DNA of 64,000 nucleotides from Acidimicrobiia bacterium. Lineage in GTDB: Bacteria; Actinomycetota; Acidimicrobiia; UBA2766. Both the position numbers and the translations under genes were made by a program. Below, in pieces: positions 54,544-64,000 of the stretch; position 1 is the first letter of the stretch, and every line of letters starts with the position of its first letter. The notes beneath the pieces were generated by a model that saw only the letters and a list, made by a program, of their open reading frames with translations, was not told the origin of the DNA and ran no database searches. Location: NCBI GenBank assembly GCA_038904395.1, contig JBCKKC010000002.1, positions 14,285 through 78,284 on the forward strand, written 5' to 3'.

Positions 54544-56147
54544 GGAATGAACCAATTGCGGTTCGCCGTGCTCTCATTAGCGTCTATGACAAGGTGGGAG
54601 TTGTTGATTTTGCGCGAGGACTATCGAAGCTTGACATTGCGATTATCAGTTCCGGCGGCACGGCGAGGGCCCTGCGAGATGCAGGAGTGCCCGTCACCGA
54701 GGTCGAATCTGTGACGGGAGCACCCGAAATGTTGGGGGGCCGAGTGAAGACGTTGCACCCGAATATTCACGGCGGTATTTTGGCGTTGCGCTCTAGTCCA
54801 GATCACATGGCTGAGCTGGCCGCCCACAGCATTGACCCGATCGATTTGGTTGTGACGAATCTCTATCCTTTCCACGATGTGGCCAGCCGGGCGGAGTCTT
54901 CTGAGGATGAAATTATTGAGATGATTGATGTTGGCGGCCCAACCATGATCCGGGCGGCAGCCAAGAACTACTCCGACGTTTGTGTCGTTACCGATTCGGC
55001 AGAGTATCCAGAAATTCTTGCTGAACTCGAGGAAAACAACACAACAATCTCGTACGCGACTCGCAAGGATTGTGCCCTGCGAGCCTTCGATGTGACCTTG
55101 CGCTACGAGGTGGGCATAAGCGCTTGGATGCACCGCGATGAAGACTTTCCCGACCCGCTCGTTTGGGTACTAGATCGAGACAGCACGTTGCGCTATGGCG
55201 AGAATCCTCATCAGGCCGGTGCCCTCTATTTTGACGCCGTCTCGCCCACCGGATCTCAACTCCAGAGCGCTCCCGACCTGGCGGATTCCAAGGCCCAGGT
55301 AACCTCTTGGCTGAAGCAGGCGACTCGCCACGGAGGCAAAGAGCTTTCATTCAATAACATTTGGGATGCCGAAGCAGCGTGGCGCCTTGTCGGGGAGTTT
55401 GCCGAGAACTTGGGCGATGCCGCCGTAGTCATAGTCAAACATGCAATACCGTGCGGAGTTGCACTGGCCGACTCACCGCAAGCTGCCTACGAGAGGGCCC
55501 TGGCGGGCGATCCAACATCGGCTTTTGGCGGAGTGATCGCCTTCAACACACCCCTGGACGAAGCAACAGCGAAAGCGGTGAACAAGACTTTTTTTGAAGT
55601 AGTCATTGCTCCTGGTTTCACCGATGCCGCTCTGCGCGAATTTGGCACAAAGGAGAACTTGCGTGTGCTTGAGGCTCCTCAGAAGTGGATCGCTGGTAAA
55701 TGGGATGCCAAGCGGCTCGCCCGGGGTTTTATCGTGCAGAACATGGATAACGTTTCTGTTGAAGACTGGGAAGTCGCTGGAATAGTGACGCCAACCGACG
55801 CCCAGTGGCAGGACTTGCAATTTGCCTGGCGGATTTGTGCGCATGTCCGTTCTAACGCGATAGTGATTGCTAAAGACGGTCAGGCTCTGGGCATCGGGAG
55901 CGGACAGCAGAGTCGCGTAGATGCGGCCGATATCGCTGTCACCAAGGCCGATGGTCGGGCAGCCGGCGGTGGGGCAGCGAGTGACGCCTTCTTTCCGTTC
56001 GCTGACGGGCTCGAGGCTATCGCTAAGGCGGGTGTTGGGGCTGTGGTGGCCCCACGTGGTTCCAAGCGTGACTCAGAGGTAGCCCAAGCGGCTGATGGCC
56101 TGGGAATCGCTCTGGTCTGGACTAAAGAGCGTCACTTCAGACATTGA
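54540..56147 (+). CDS. purH: Bifunctional AICAR transformylase / IMP cyclohydrolase
   Basis: PurH motifs are present: RALISVYDK.G, GGRVKTLHP.IHGGIL and the C-terminal FRH. The start is the ATG overlapping the purN stop (ATGA at 54540). Confidence 0.93.
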   Translation: MRNEPIAVRRALISVYDKVGVVDFARGLSKLDIAIISSGGTARALRDAGVPVTEVESVTGAPEMLGGRVKTLHPNIHGGILALRSSPDHMAELAAHSIDPIDLVVTNLYPFHDVASRAESSEDEIIEMIDVGGPTMIRAAAKNYSDVCVVTDSAEYPEILAELEENNTTISYATRKDCALRAFDVTLRYEVGISAWMHRDEDFPDPLVWVLDRDSTLRYGENPHQAGALYFDAVSPTGSQLQSAPDLADSKAQVTSWLKQATRHGGKELSFNNIWDAEAAWRLVGEFAENLGDAAVVIVKHAIPCGVALADSPQAAYERALAGDPTSAFGGVIAFNTPLDEATAKAVNKTFFEVVIAPGFTDAALREFGTKENLRVLEAPQKWIAGKWDAKRLARGFIVQNMDNVSVEDWEVAGIVTPTDAQWQDLQFAWRICAHVRSNAIVIAKDGQALGIGSGQQSRVDAADIAVTKADGRAAGGGAASDAFFPFADGLEAIAKAGVGAVVAPRGSKRDSEVAQAADGLGIALVWTKERHFRH

Positions 56148-56186
56148 GGTCGGGTCGCTTAAGCCGCCGGAGAAAGGACGGGCCAG

Positions 56187-57023
56187 TTGACTGCACAGAT
56201 TTTGGATGGCAAGCGAGTAGCCGGGGAAATCCGGGCCACGATAGCGTCAGAAGTGAAGGCCCTGCCAAGACAACCTGGATTGGCAACCGTGCTGGTTGGC
56301 GAGGATGCCGGGTCAGAGATCTACGTTCGCAACAAGCACTTGGCGTGTGAGGAGGTGGGATTTTTCTCGAGCGACTGGCGCCTACCAGCCGAAAGCTCGC
56401 AGGCCGACGTCCTTGATACCGTTTCAGAACTCAACGCAGACCCCAATATCGATGCGTTCCTAGTACAGCTACCGTTGCCTGACGGGGTGGATGAACGTGT
56501 CATCTTGGAAGCGATAGATCCAGCTAAAGATGCTGATGGGTTGCACCCCGAGAACCTGGGCCAGCTCGTGTTGGGCCATCCACGACTGTTGCCTTGCACC
56601 CCTAACGGGATTATTACCCTTGGCGAACGCTTCGGCGTGAGTTGGGCCGGTGCCAATGTAGTGATCGTGGGTCGTGGAGTCACGGTTGGTCGTCCTCTGG
56701 CGATCATGCTCAGCGCCAAGGGACGAGACTCCACTGTTACTGTGTGTCACAGCCGAACGCCCGAGATTGGCCGATACACGTCGAATGCCGATATTATTGT
56801 CGCTGCCACTGGTCGGGCGGGACTAATAAAGCCTGACATGGTCAAACCAGGTGCGATAGTTTTTGATGTCGGAATTTCTCGAGGCGAAAAGGGCCTAGTG
56901 GGGGATGTGGCTCCGGAAGTGCGGGAAGTGGCCGGCTGGCTAGCACCCATGCCTGGTGGGGTGGGGCCGATGACAATTGCCATGCTATTGGGGAACACGT
57001 TGATAGCAGCGCAGCGCCGGTAA
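56187..57023 (+). CDS. folD: Methylenetetrahydrofolate dehydrogenase / methenyl-THF cyclohydrolase
   Basis: FolD motifs are present: [28 protein letters not shown] and PGGVGPMT. Confidence 0.92.
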   Translation: MTAQILDGKRVAGEIRATIASEVKALPRQPGLATVLVGEDAGSEIYVRNKHLACEEVGFFSSDWRLPAESSQADVLDTVSELNADPNIDAFLVQLPLPDGVDERVILEAIDPAKDADGLHPENLGQLVLGHPRLLPCTPNGIITLGERFGVSWAGANVVIVGRGVTVGRPLAIMLSAKGRDSTVTVCHSRTPEIGRYTSNADIIVAATGRAGLIKPDMVKPGAIVFDVGISRGEKGLVGDVAPEVREVAGWLAPMPGGVGPMTIAMLLGNTLIAAQRR

Positions 57024-57055
57024 GACTAGGCCGGGGCTCACGGGGGAATCCAAGA

Positions 57056-58306
57056 TTGCAAGCGAACAATATGAAAGGGCGGGCTGGACCGATGCCCCAA
57101 TTGATCACGATGTCAGTTTCCGGGTTGCAAGTGCCTGAAGAGCCGATTGTTCCATATATCGAAGGTGACGGAATAGGCCCTGACATCTGGCGAGCCGCCG
57201 TCCAAGTCTTTGATGCCGCAGTCAAGGTTGCCTATGATGGTCGACGTCGTATTGCTTGGAAAGAAGTGCTTGCCGGCCAGAAGGCGTTTGATGCGACCGG
57301 CGAATGGCTTCCCGAGGCCACTGTGGCCGCTTTCCAAGGGCATCTTGTCGGTATCAAGGGTCCGCTCACGACTCCGATTGGTGGTGGATTCCGTTCACTC
57401 AACGTCACTCTGCGTCAGCTCTTAGATCTCTACGTTTGCCTGCGCCCGATCCGCTGGTTTCAGGGCGTGCCTTCCCCGGTTCGTCACCCTGAACGTGTAG
57501 ACATGGTGATTTTCCGTGAGAATACCGAGGATGTTTATGCCGGCATGGAGCTTGAAGCCGGAACTCCCGAAGCGATCAAGCTAGTTAACTTTGTCCGTTC
57601 GGAATTCGGTTGGCAGCTCAAAGACGATGAACATGCCGGAATTGGCCTCAAGCCCATCTCTCAAGCAGGCTCCAAACGGCTCGTGAGAGCGGCCATGGAA
57701 TATGCACGTCAGCATGGTCGCAAGTCGGTCACTTTGGTGCACAAGGGCAACATTATGAAATACACCGAGGGTGCATTTCGTAATTGGGGCTACGAGCTGG
57801 TTCGCGACGAGTTCAATGACATCGCTGTTGGGTGGGATGATTGCGACGGCGATCCGGGCGATCGTATCCTCGTCAAAGATGTCATCGCCGATATTTTCTT
57901 ACAGCAGGTTCTCACGAGGCCACAAGAATTTGACGTTATCGCCACCACGAATCTAAACGGCGACTATGCCTCCGATGCCCTCGCCGCTCAAGTGGGCGGG
58001 ATTGGCATCGCCCCCGGCGGCAATATTAACTACACAACTGGCCATGCAATTTTCGAAGCAACCCATGGCACAGCGCCCAAGTACGCTAATTTGGACAAGG
58101 TCAATCCCGGGTCATTGATACTTTCAGGCGTCTTGATGTTCGAATATCTTGGCTGGCAAGAGGCCGCAGACTTGATTGTTTCCTCGCTCGAGTCGACCAT
58201 CGGTGAAAAGATTGTCACCTATGATTTTGCCCGATTGATGCAAGGCGCCCATGAAGTGAAAACTTCGGAATTCGCGAGCGCCGTCATTGCCCACATGGGC
58301 TCCTAA
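57056..58306 (+). CDS. icd: Isocitrate dehydrogenase (NADP, homodimeric type)
   Basis: Motifs include [14 protein letters not shown], the Ser phosphorylation-loop region GGGFRSLNV, and [10 protein letters not shown]. Confidence 0.92.
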   Translation: MQANNMKGRAGPMPQLITMSVSGLQVPEEPIVPYIEGDGIGPDIWRAAVQVFDAAVKVAYDGRRRIAWKEVLAGQKAFDATGEWLPEATVAAFQGHLVGIKGPLTTPIGGGFRSLNVTLRQLLDLYVCLRPIRWFQGVPSPVRHPERVDMVIFRENTEDVYAGMELEAGTPEAIKLVNFVRSEFGWQLKDDEHAGIGLKPISQAGSKRLVRAAMEYARQHGRKSVTLVHKGNIMKYTEGAFRNWGYELVRDEFNDIAVGWDDCDGDPGDRILVKDVIADIFLQQVLTRPQEFDVIATTNLNGDYASDALAAQVGGIGIAPGGNINYTTGHAIFEATHGTAPKYANLDKVNPGSLILSGVLMFEYLGWQEAADLIVSSLESTIGEKIVTYDFARLMQGAHEVKTSEFASAVIAHMGS

Positions 58307-58324
58307 TACGTGAGAAGGAAAGAA

Positions 58325-59266
58325 ATGCGAAAGGTAACTGTCGTTGGCGCGGGAAAGTATGGTTCTACCACTGCGCAGCGGATTGCGGAAATGGACCTGG
58401 TCGACCATGTTGTGTTGACAGACATCGTGGACGGTCTACCCGAGGGGCTCGCTCTCGATATCAATCATTCTGCCGCGATCGAAGGTTTTGCGACTCATGT
58501 CATAGGCCAGTCCCAAGGTTACGACCAGACGGCCGACTCTGACGTGGTGGTAATAACAGCCGGGCTGCCCCGTAAGCCAGGTATGAGCCGCATGGATCTG
58601 CTCGAGACTAACGCCAAGATTGTTGCAGATGTAACCAGCAATATCAAGCAGTACTCTCCGGAAGCGATTCTTATTGTCGTATCGAATCCGCTCGACGAAA
58701 TGACCTATCTAGCCCAGCAAGTGAGCGGCTTCGAACATCACCGGGTGATGGGCCAGGCCGGCATGCTTGATTCGGCTCGATTCCGAATCAACATCGCCCG
58801 AGAATTCGGTGTAGGGCATCACCAGATCAAAGCGCTAACCCTGGGTAGTCACGGTGACACCATGGTGCCCATACACTCGCAAACGTTTGTAGATGGCAAG
58901 CCACTCTCAAGTATCGCCACAGCCGAGCAACTCGAGAGGCTGGCCAAGCAAACCGCCGAGGGTGGAGCGGAAGTAGTCGCTCTCTTGAAGACCGGGTCAG
59001 CTTATTTTGCGCCGTCATCGGCAGCAGCGGCCATGGTCAGGGCAATCGTCACTGATTCCAACGAAGTAATGCCTGTGTGCGCCTGGGTCAACGGCGAATA
59101 CGGCGTCCACGGCGTGTATCTGGGCGTGCCAGCCGTTTTAGGCAAAGGTGGCGTGAAAGAGATCGTCGAGCTAGAGCTAACCGAAGACGAGCGCCAGGCT
59201 CTGGTCAATGCATCTGAAGCCGTCAGAGCCAAACAAGGCGATGTCGCCGAATTCGTAGGTGTCTGA
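58325..59266 (+). CDS. mdh: Malate dehydrogenase (LDH-like family)
   Basis: The protein begins MRKVTVVGAGKYGSTTA, which contains the Rossmann GxGxxG. GLPRKPGMSR and the catalytic LGSHGD are also present. The ATG at 58325 follows GAAGGAAAG. Confidence 0.92.
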   Translation: MRKVTVVGAGKYGSTTAQRIAEMDLVDHVVLTDIVDGLPEGLALDINHSAAIEGFATHVIGQSQGYDQTADSDVVVITAGLPRKPGMSRMDLLETNAKIVADVTSNIKQYSPEAILIVVSNPLDEMTYLAQQVSGFEHHRVMGQAGMLDSARFRINIAREFGVGHHQIKALTLGSHGDTMVPIHSQTFVDGKPLSSIATAEQLERLAKQTAEGGAEVVALLKTGSAYFAPSSAAAAMVRAIVTDSNEVMPVCAWVNGEYGVHGVYLGVPAVLGKGGVKEIVELELTEDERQALVNASEAVRAKQGDVAEFVGV

Positions 59267-59285
59267 AGCCTTCACGTGTTCCACC

Positions 59286-59399
59286 CCGTCATTACGAGCG
59301 AAGCGAGCAATTCAATTGGGTCGAATCTGTAGGTGGATCTGCGGCTTCGCCGCAGGTGGATCCTCACGGTCGGCTGGCGCCTCCCTCAGGATGACGAGG
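59286..59399. repeat. Family-A related element with hybrid termini (CCGTCATTACGAG ... CCTCAGGATGACGAGG)
   Basis: The left terminus resembles the family-A GTCATTGCGAG. The right terminus is the CCTCAGGATGACG variant also seen inverted at 47382. The inner hairpin is CTGCGGC TTC GCCGCAG. Confidence 0.6.
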
Positions 59400-59429
59400 G
59401 ACGTGAATGGTTACCCTGAAGCTTTGATT

Positions 59430-59458
59430 ATCAGCCCCCTCCGTGAGAGGGGGCTGAT
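59430..59458. terminator. Bidirectional hairpin terminator between mdh and the SCP2 gene
   Basis: A 12-bp perfect stem pairs ATCAGCCCCCTC with GAGGGGGCTGAT around the 5-nt loop CGTGA. It lies in a convergent intergenic region. Confidence 0.6.
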
Positions 59459-59466
59459 TGGAGTGG

Positions 59467-59862
59467 TTAAGCGTTGGGGTAGTCGACTTCGACTGTTTTG
59501 AGGGCTGATTCCAGAGCTTGCAACTGTGGCTGGTATTGCATGGCGACCGCCAGGTTGCCAGTGATGCGGACCTTGCCCTGCATGAAAGCGGACTGTAGGT
59601 TCAAGTCGCCTTTAGAGAGCGCTACTCCGGTGGCGTAGTCTTCGGTTACACCAAGGTCTGGGTTGTCTGCTGCGCCCAGTTCCATTGTGCATTGTCCATC
59701 TTTGATGGCGATATAGTACGTAACCTCGCCCGATGGCGCTCCGGTTACAGTCTGCTGGATGGTGATTTGGATGCTGCCAGCAGACGCCTTGAAATTAGCG
59801 TCGCTGTTGACAGCATCTGAGACTGCCTTGCACCATTCGGCTGATAGAAATTCAACTGCCAT
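59467..59862 (-). CDS. SCP2 sterol-binding domain protein
   Basis: The 131-aa protein has an N-terminal F.S.EW motif. The C-terminal pattern A...G.L....AFM.GK..I.G....AM is typical of SCP2-fold proteins. Confidence 0.7.
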   Translation of the reverse strand: MAVEFLSAEWCKAVSDAVNSDANFKASAGSIQITIQQTVTGAPSGEVTYYIAIKDGQCTMELGAADNPDLGVTEDYATGVALSKGDLNLQSAFMQGKVRITGNLAVAMQYQPQLQALESALKTVEVDYPNA

Positions 59863-60011
59863 GTGTGGATCCTCTATTCAACGGATGCCGTGGAGGAACC
59901 AACTAGTTGATTCCCTATTTGCCACGGATGGGGGAAGAACCCCGTTGGCAGCTTACTCGCCGTTTGGCGAAAATCCTCTGTCCAAGCGACCAGGACTGAT
60001 AGTCTCGACCA

Positions 60012-61439
60012 ATGCAAAGCGCCCTTGAACTAGGGAGCTCTCTTGACGAATCGTCGGCTAACGAGCTCTATAGCACTCGATTGAGGACAAGGGCAGCAGC
60101 GATTGCGACAGTTGCCTTGTTCGTTGGGTCCTTCCTTGTCTATTTGGCGAGTCCTGCCCGCCAGCTTGGGGCTGATACTCGTCCGAATGTAGACATTGCT
60201 TTTAACATTATCAAGCACGGAACTACGACACTAGACAGCCATAGGTCGGAAGTTGCATATGCGGATTACCTCGTGGAACGGGTTCGCGGTCACACTTACG
60301 GCTATTTCCCGATTGGTACACCACTGCTAATGGTGCCTGCGGTTGCAGCGCTTGAGGGTCCAATTAAGGTTGCCAGTAGATTCAAGCCGTTGCGTAATGT
60401 CTTGACAAGTATTGGTACGTACCCTAATCAAGATCGACCTCTTGATGCTTGGAAGACTCCAAACGTGCTTGAGGCGACTATTGCAGCCTTGTACATGGCG
60501 TTACTTGTGGCGCTCTTCTTGCGGATCGTGACTCGAGCCTTAGATCTGAAGCGAGCAGTCTTTCTGGCCGTCGTGTTCGCTTTCTGTACTTCGGTCTATT
60601 CGACGGCATCGCGGGCAACCTGGCAGCCGGGTATGGCGATGCTTGTTGCCTGCGTGGCGATTCTCTTTTTCTTGCGGGCGATGGAACATCGTCAACAGCC
60701 ACTGAGCCTCTTCTTGGCTGGGCTTGCTACCGCGTATCTGATCGTGATTAGGCCAACGACGCTTGTATTCGTTGTCGCGCTTAGTGTTTTTGCGTTAGTG
60801 AGATGGCGCCTTAAGTCGTGGTCCTATTGCGCTGGCACCGCAATGGTGGCGGTTCTGTTTTTGGCATACAACTTGGTTGTCTATCACGGCCTGCAACCGT
60901 ATTACCAGTCCTCAAGGTTCCAATTGGCTGCCAAATCATGGGAAGCTGCTGCGGGTTCCCTAGTTAGCCCAAGTCGTGGCCTTTTCATATTCTCGCCCGT
61001 TTTGTTGTTCGCTTTCTACGGCATCTATTTGAAGCTGAAAGAGCGTAAGTTAAACGGATTGGATGCGGCACTCTTACTGTACGCTTTGACAATTTGGGTC
61101 TCTGTGATTGGGTTTCCAATCGGATGGTGGGGTGGCTACTCAGTCGGTCCGCGACTAATGACAGAGACAACTCTCGTTGCGGTATGGTTCCTGGTCCCTG
61201 TGGTGGGTGGGCTAGTGCCGACATCTATTGGGGCTTTACGCAAAATGAAGATTGGCACCAAGGGAGCCTTTTCTGTTTTTGTGGTCTGTGTTGCGCTGAG
61301 CTGCTTTATCAATGCTCGGTCTGCGATTGATGAGCGCATCAATAGATGGAACGTGTGTCCCGTTGAGGTCAATAATCATACGGAACGCCTGTGGGATTGG
61401 TCGCAGGCTCAATGGTTGTTCATACAAACATGTCATTAG
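60012..61439 (+). CDS. Polytopic membrane protein, GT-C-like glycosyltransferase architecture
   Basis: There are at least ten TM helices, with an early loop containing acidic residues (ADTRPNVDIAF). This is typical of GT-C / DUF2029-like enzymes, but no firm family assignment is made. Confidence 0.5.
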   Translation: MQSALELGSSLDESSANELYSTRLRTRAAAIATVALFVGSFLVYLASPARQLGADTRPNVDIAFNIIKHGTTTLDSHRSEVAYADYLVERVRGHTYGYFPIGTPLLMVPAVAALEGPIKVASRFKPLRNVLTSIGTYPNQDRPLDAWKTPNVLEATIAALYMALLVALFLRIVTRALDLKRAVFLAVVFAFCTSVYSTASRATWQPGMAMLVACVAILFFLRAMEHRQQPLSLFLAGLATAYLIVIRPTTLVFVVALSVFALVRWRLKSWSYCAGTAMVAVLFLAYNLVVYHGLQPYYQSSRFQLAAKSWEAAAGSLVSPSRGLFIFSPVLLFAFYGIYLKLKERKLNGLDAALLLYALTIWVSVIGFPIGWWGGYSVGPRLMTETTLVAVWFLVPVVGGLVPTSIGALRKMKIGTKGAFSVFVVCVALSCFINARSAIDERINRWNVCPVEVNNHTERLWDWSQAQWLFIQTCH

Positions 61440-61509
61440 GGCGAGGGGCGAAATTAGTGTTAGAGACGGTTACGGGCTTTAGAGACTGAGCGTTTGAAGA
61501 GTTTAGAAG

Positions 61510-61875
61510 GTGACGGCCATGGGAATGCGAAGCGATTGTCGGCACTATTTTGTTCGCACCCTGCCGAATGGGGAACGCCAAGAAGGCTGTGCCATAAATG
61601 CGGCTCCCGAGGCGCCTTTGCGGTGTCCAGTCGATTGTCCGTATTTTGAGAAGCGTGGATTGTCTAAGGCCGGGTTCGTGTACGGGTCTCTAGTGCCCAA
61701 GGGTGTAGAGCCCCAAGAGTCCCAGACCAGCACAGATCCTGACGACGAGTCGGCTCTGGAGGAGTTGCGTAGCCTGATGGACGACATTGGTCCGCAAGTT
61801 GTTAGCGAAGAGGCCGCACGGGCCGATCGGCAGCAGCCACGTCACAAGCGTCGGTGGCGCAAGCGAAAAAACTAG
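61510..61875 (+). CDS. Hypothetical four-Cys protein with basic C-terminus
   Basis: The Cys pattern is C-x17-C-x12-C-x3-C (CRHYF...GCAINAAPEAPLRCPVDCPYF), suggesting a metal or Fe-S site. The tail is acidic then basic (RQQPRHKRRWRKRKN). Confidence 0.45.
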   Translation: MTAMGMRSDCRHYFVRTLPNGERQEGCAINAAPEAPLRCPVDCPYFEKRGLSKAGFVYGSLVPKGVEPQESQTSTDPDDESALEELRSLMDDIGPQVVSEEAARADRQQPRHKRRWRKRKN

Positions 61876-61882
61876 GCCGTTA

Positions 61883-62038
61883 GGGCCTGTCGGAGAATAA
61901 CTTAGTCGTTTGCAACGGCCCGGACCGCCCCTCGCTGCGTTCCTCCTCCTCGAGTAGGCCTGCTACGCATTGTCGTCGCGCCTTGCGAGAGTCGGCCCAG
62001 TCTCGCCGCAAACGCACTACTTATTCTCCGACAGGCCC
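61883..62038. repeat. Family-B palindromic element flanked by TTA on both sides, abutting the sdhB stop codon
   Basis: The termini are GGGCCTGTCGGAGAATAACTTAGTCGTTTGC and GCAAACGCACTACTTATTCTCCGACAGGCCC. TTA lies at 61880-61882 and at 62039-62041. The right TTA is the complement of the sdhB TAA stop. Confidence 0.8.
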
Positions 62039-62743
62039 TTAGTTTGATTCGCGCAGTATCTCTCGTTTGACCTCTTGAATAGCGGCTGTGACCTTGATTC
62101 CGCGGGGGCAGGCCTCAGTGCAGTTGAAAGCCGTTTTGCACCGGAACACGCCGGATTTCTCGGCCAAAATGTTGAGACGTTCTGGCCCAGCGTCGTCACG
62201 GGAATCGAAAATAAATCGATGCGCAGTGACGATTGCCGCCGGGCCTACGTAGGAGCCAGAACCCCAATAGATTGGACACGAAGTAGTGCAAGCGGCGCAC
62301 AAGATGCACTTGGACGTATCGTCGAATCGCTCTCGTTGCTCAGGCGATTGCAGCCGTTCGCCCTCCGAAGATGATTGGTCGTTGATCAGGTAAGGCAAAA
62401 CCGACTTGTAGCCGTCAAAGAAGGGCTCCATGTCCAGGATTAGGTCTCGCAACAACGGCAAGCCTCTGAGCGGTTCCACACGGATTGGTTTGTCGGGGTT
62501 TGCGTCCCGAATCAGGAGTTGGCAAGCCAGCTTATTGGAACCGTTGATCATCATGGCGTCTGACCCGCAAACTCCGTGGGCACATGAGCGACGAAAACCG
62601 AGGGTGCCATCGGTATTGCGCTTCACAGATATGAGCGCATCAAGGACACGATCCATCGGATCGACCTCAACCGAATAGTTTTCCCAGTGCGGCTTTGAGT
62701 CCTGCTCTGGGATATATCGCAAAATACTTAAGGTGATTTGCAT
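62039..62743 (-). CDS. sdhB: Succinate dehydrogenase / fumarate reductase iron-sulfur subunit
   Basis: Three Fe-S cluster motifs are present: CAHGVCGSD for 2Fe-2S, CILCAACTTSCP for 4Fe-4S, and CKTAFNCTEACP for 3Fe-4S. Confidence 0.92.
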   Translation of the reverse strand: MQITLSILRYIPEQDSKPHWENYSVEVDPMDRVLDALISVKRNTDGTLGFRRSCAHGVCGSDAMMINGSNKLACQLLIRDANPDKPIRVEPLRGLPLLRDLILDMEPFFDGYKSVLPYLINDQSSSEGERLQSPEQRERFDDTSKCILCAACTTSCPIYWGSGSYVGPAAIVTAHRFIFDSRDDAGPERLNILAEKSGVFRCKTAFNCTEACPRGIKVTAAIQEVKREILRESN

Positions 62744-62756
62744 AGTTGGAATCCTA

Positions 62757-62915
62757 GCGCTGCAATCCGGAAATGCCGGGCATGTACGACGGCCCCCGAC
62801 GCCCCTCGCTTCGTTGCTCGTCGGTTATGAACGTCCGGTTCACGCCCTCCTCGGCGCCTTGCAAGGAACGCCGGATGGCTCGCCGTACACGCGCCGTACT
62901 TCCGAATCGCAGCAC
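62757..62915. repeat. Divergent family-B element filling the sdhA-sdhB intergenic spacer
   Basis: The terminal inverted repeats are GCGCTGCAATCCGGAAATGCCGGGCATGTACGAC and GCCGTACACGCGCCGTACTTCCGAATCGCAGCAC. The core shares GCCCCTCGCT.CGTT and CGCCTTGCAAG / GGCTCGCC with the other copies. TA flanks both ends. Confidence 0.6.
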
Positions 62916-64000
62916 TAGTATTTTCGTTCCATGGGAGCGTGGCGGCCGCCAATAACAGGCTTGTATTCGAGTCGTGGAACGTATCCTGTCGAGGGCTTGT
63001 AGGCCAGCGAATGCTTCATCCAGTTTTCGTCGTCACGGTCTCTGTAGTCGTCTCGAGCGTGTGCCCCACGTGATTCGCGCCGTGCGAGAGCGGATGCGAC
63101 GACGCAGTCTGCTAGGTCGATAAGAAAGCCCAATTCGAGGCATTCCATCAGGTCTGAGTTCCAGGCGCTGCCATGGTCGTCAATCACAACCTGATCGTAA
63201 CGTTCATGCAGTTGTGTGAGCTCTGCTTGCATTTCTGTAAGCAGAGCCTCGTCACGGAACACGCCGGCCTTTTCCATCATTTGACTCTGCAGGTCGGACC
63301 GGATATCGCCGTATCGTTCGCCGTCTTTTCGGGTCATGATTTTCGACAGCATTTCGGTGACAAAGCTGTCTGCGTCGGCCGGCAGGGGGGCGAGTTCATT
63401 TGATTGGGCGAATCCGCGGGCAGCGGCTCCGGCTCGACGGCCAAACACGACTATGTCGAGGAGAGAGTTGGTGCCTAAACGGTTGGCGCCGTGCACCGAT
63501 ACGCACGCGCATTCGCCTGCCGCATACAACCCGGGTATCACTGTCGCTTGTGGACCCGTGACTACTTCGCCGATGGCGTTTGTGGGGATACCGCCCATCG
63601 CATAGTGCGCTGTCGGTTGGATCGGTATCAGGTCGGTCTTGGGTTCAATACCCAGGTAGGTGCGCACGAAGTCGGTAATGTCGGGCAGCTTTGCGTCGAT
63701 TTGTTCAGGCGGCAGATGAGTCAGGTCAAGATGCACATAGTCGCCGCCGTCAATCCCTCGACCCTCTCGTAGTTCCATAAAGATTGCCCGGCTCACCATA
63801 TCGCGAGGGGCGAGGTCTTTGATGGTCGGGGCGTAACGCTCCATAAAGCGTTCCCCCTCACTGTTGCGCAAGATGCCGCCCTCACCCCGGGCCGCTTCAG
63901 ACAGCAAGATGCCAATTTTGTAGATGCCTGTGGGGTGAAATTGGAAGAACTCCATGTCTTCCAATGGAATGCCGCGCCGATAGAGGGCGCCAGGCCCGTC
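62915..64000 (-). CDS. sdhA: Succinate dehydrogenase / fumarate reductase flavoprotein subunit (C-terminal part, 5' end outside window)
   Basis: Motifs include FHPTG, the active-site [22 protein letters not shown] and RESRGAH. The reading frame stays open to the window edge. Confidence 0.92.
   Translation of the reverse strand, partial: DGPGALYRRGIPLEDMEFFQFHPTGIYKIGILLSEAARGEGGILRNSEGERFMERYAPTIKDLAPRDMVSRAIFMELREGRGIDGGDYVHLDLTHLPPEQIDAKLPDITDFVRTYLGIEPKTDLIPIQPTAHYAMGGIPTNAIGEVVTGPQATVIPGLYAAGECACVSVHGANRLGTNSLLDIVVFGRRAGAAARGFAQSNELAPLPADADSFVTEMLSKIMTRKDGERYGDIRSDLQSQMMEKAGVFRDEALLTEMQAELTQLHERYDQVVIDDHGSAWNSDLMECLELGFLIDLADCVVASALARRESRGAHARDDYRDRDDENWMKHSLAYKPSTGYVPRLEYKPVIGGRHAPMERKY

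Overview
This window reads as the origin-proximal chromosome of a moderate-GC actinobacterium. That assignment rests on gene content and order only, with no database search. Gene order matches the Mycobacterium/Streptomyces origin region almost gene for gene.

- Left block: pknB, trpG, a class E sortase, crgA, then tRNA-Ala/tRNA-Ile, a DUF3566 gene, gyrA, gyrB, dciA (DUF721), recF, dnaN and dnaA.
- Middle block: rpmH, rnpA, yidD, yidC, jag, rsmG, parA, parB, then cwlM, trxA, trxB, a Ser/Thr kinase, murJ, a large Rv3909-like protein and the CCA enzyme.
- Right block: ino1, a PadR regulator, ponA, panB, rpsF-ssb-rpsR-rplI, dnaB, then purN, purH, folD, icd, mdh and sdhBA.

There is no CRISPR array, rRNA, prophage, integrase or recognisable defence cassette. 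The unexplained structure lies mostly in the non-coding DNA:

1. A dense DnaA-box cluster sits upstream of crgA, about 15 kb from dnaA.
2. Same-strand arrays of an RTGAACC / CGGYCGGTGRAC motif bracket an HTH plus coiled-coil gene beside parAB.
3. Two families of roughly 105-175 bp palindromic MITE-like elements occupy intergenic spacers. One family shows covarying terminal stems and TA/TTA flanks. One copy fills the sdhA-sdhB junction, and a copy of the other family rewrites a gene's C-terminus.
4. dnaB carries a 145-aa mini-intein.
5. murJ and a catalytically intact kinase are separate genes here, whereas mycobacteria have a MurJ-pseudokinase fusion.

All calls come from reading the sequence and ORF translations by eye. 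Nothing was computed or searched.
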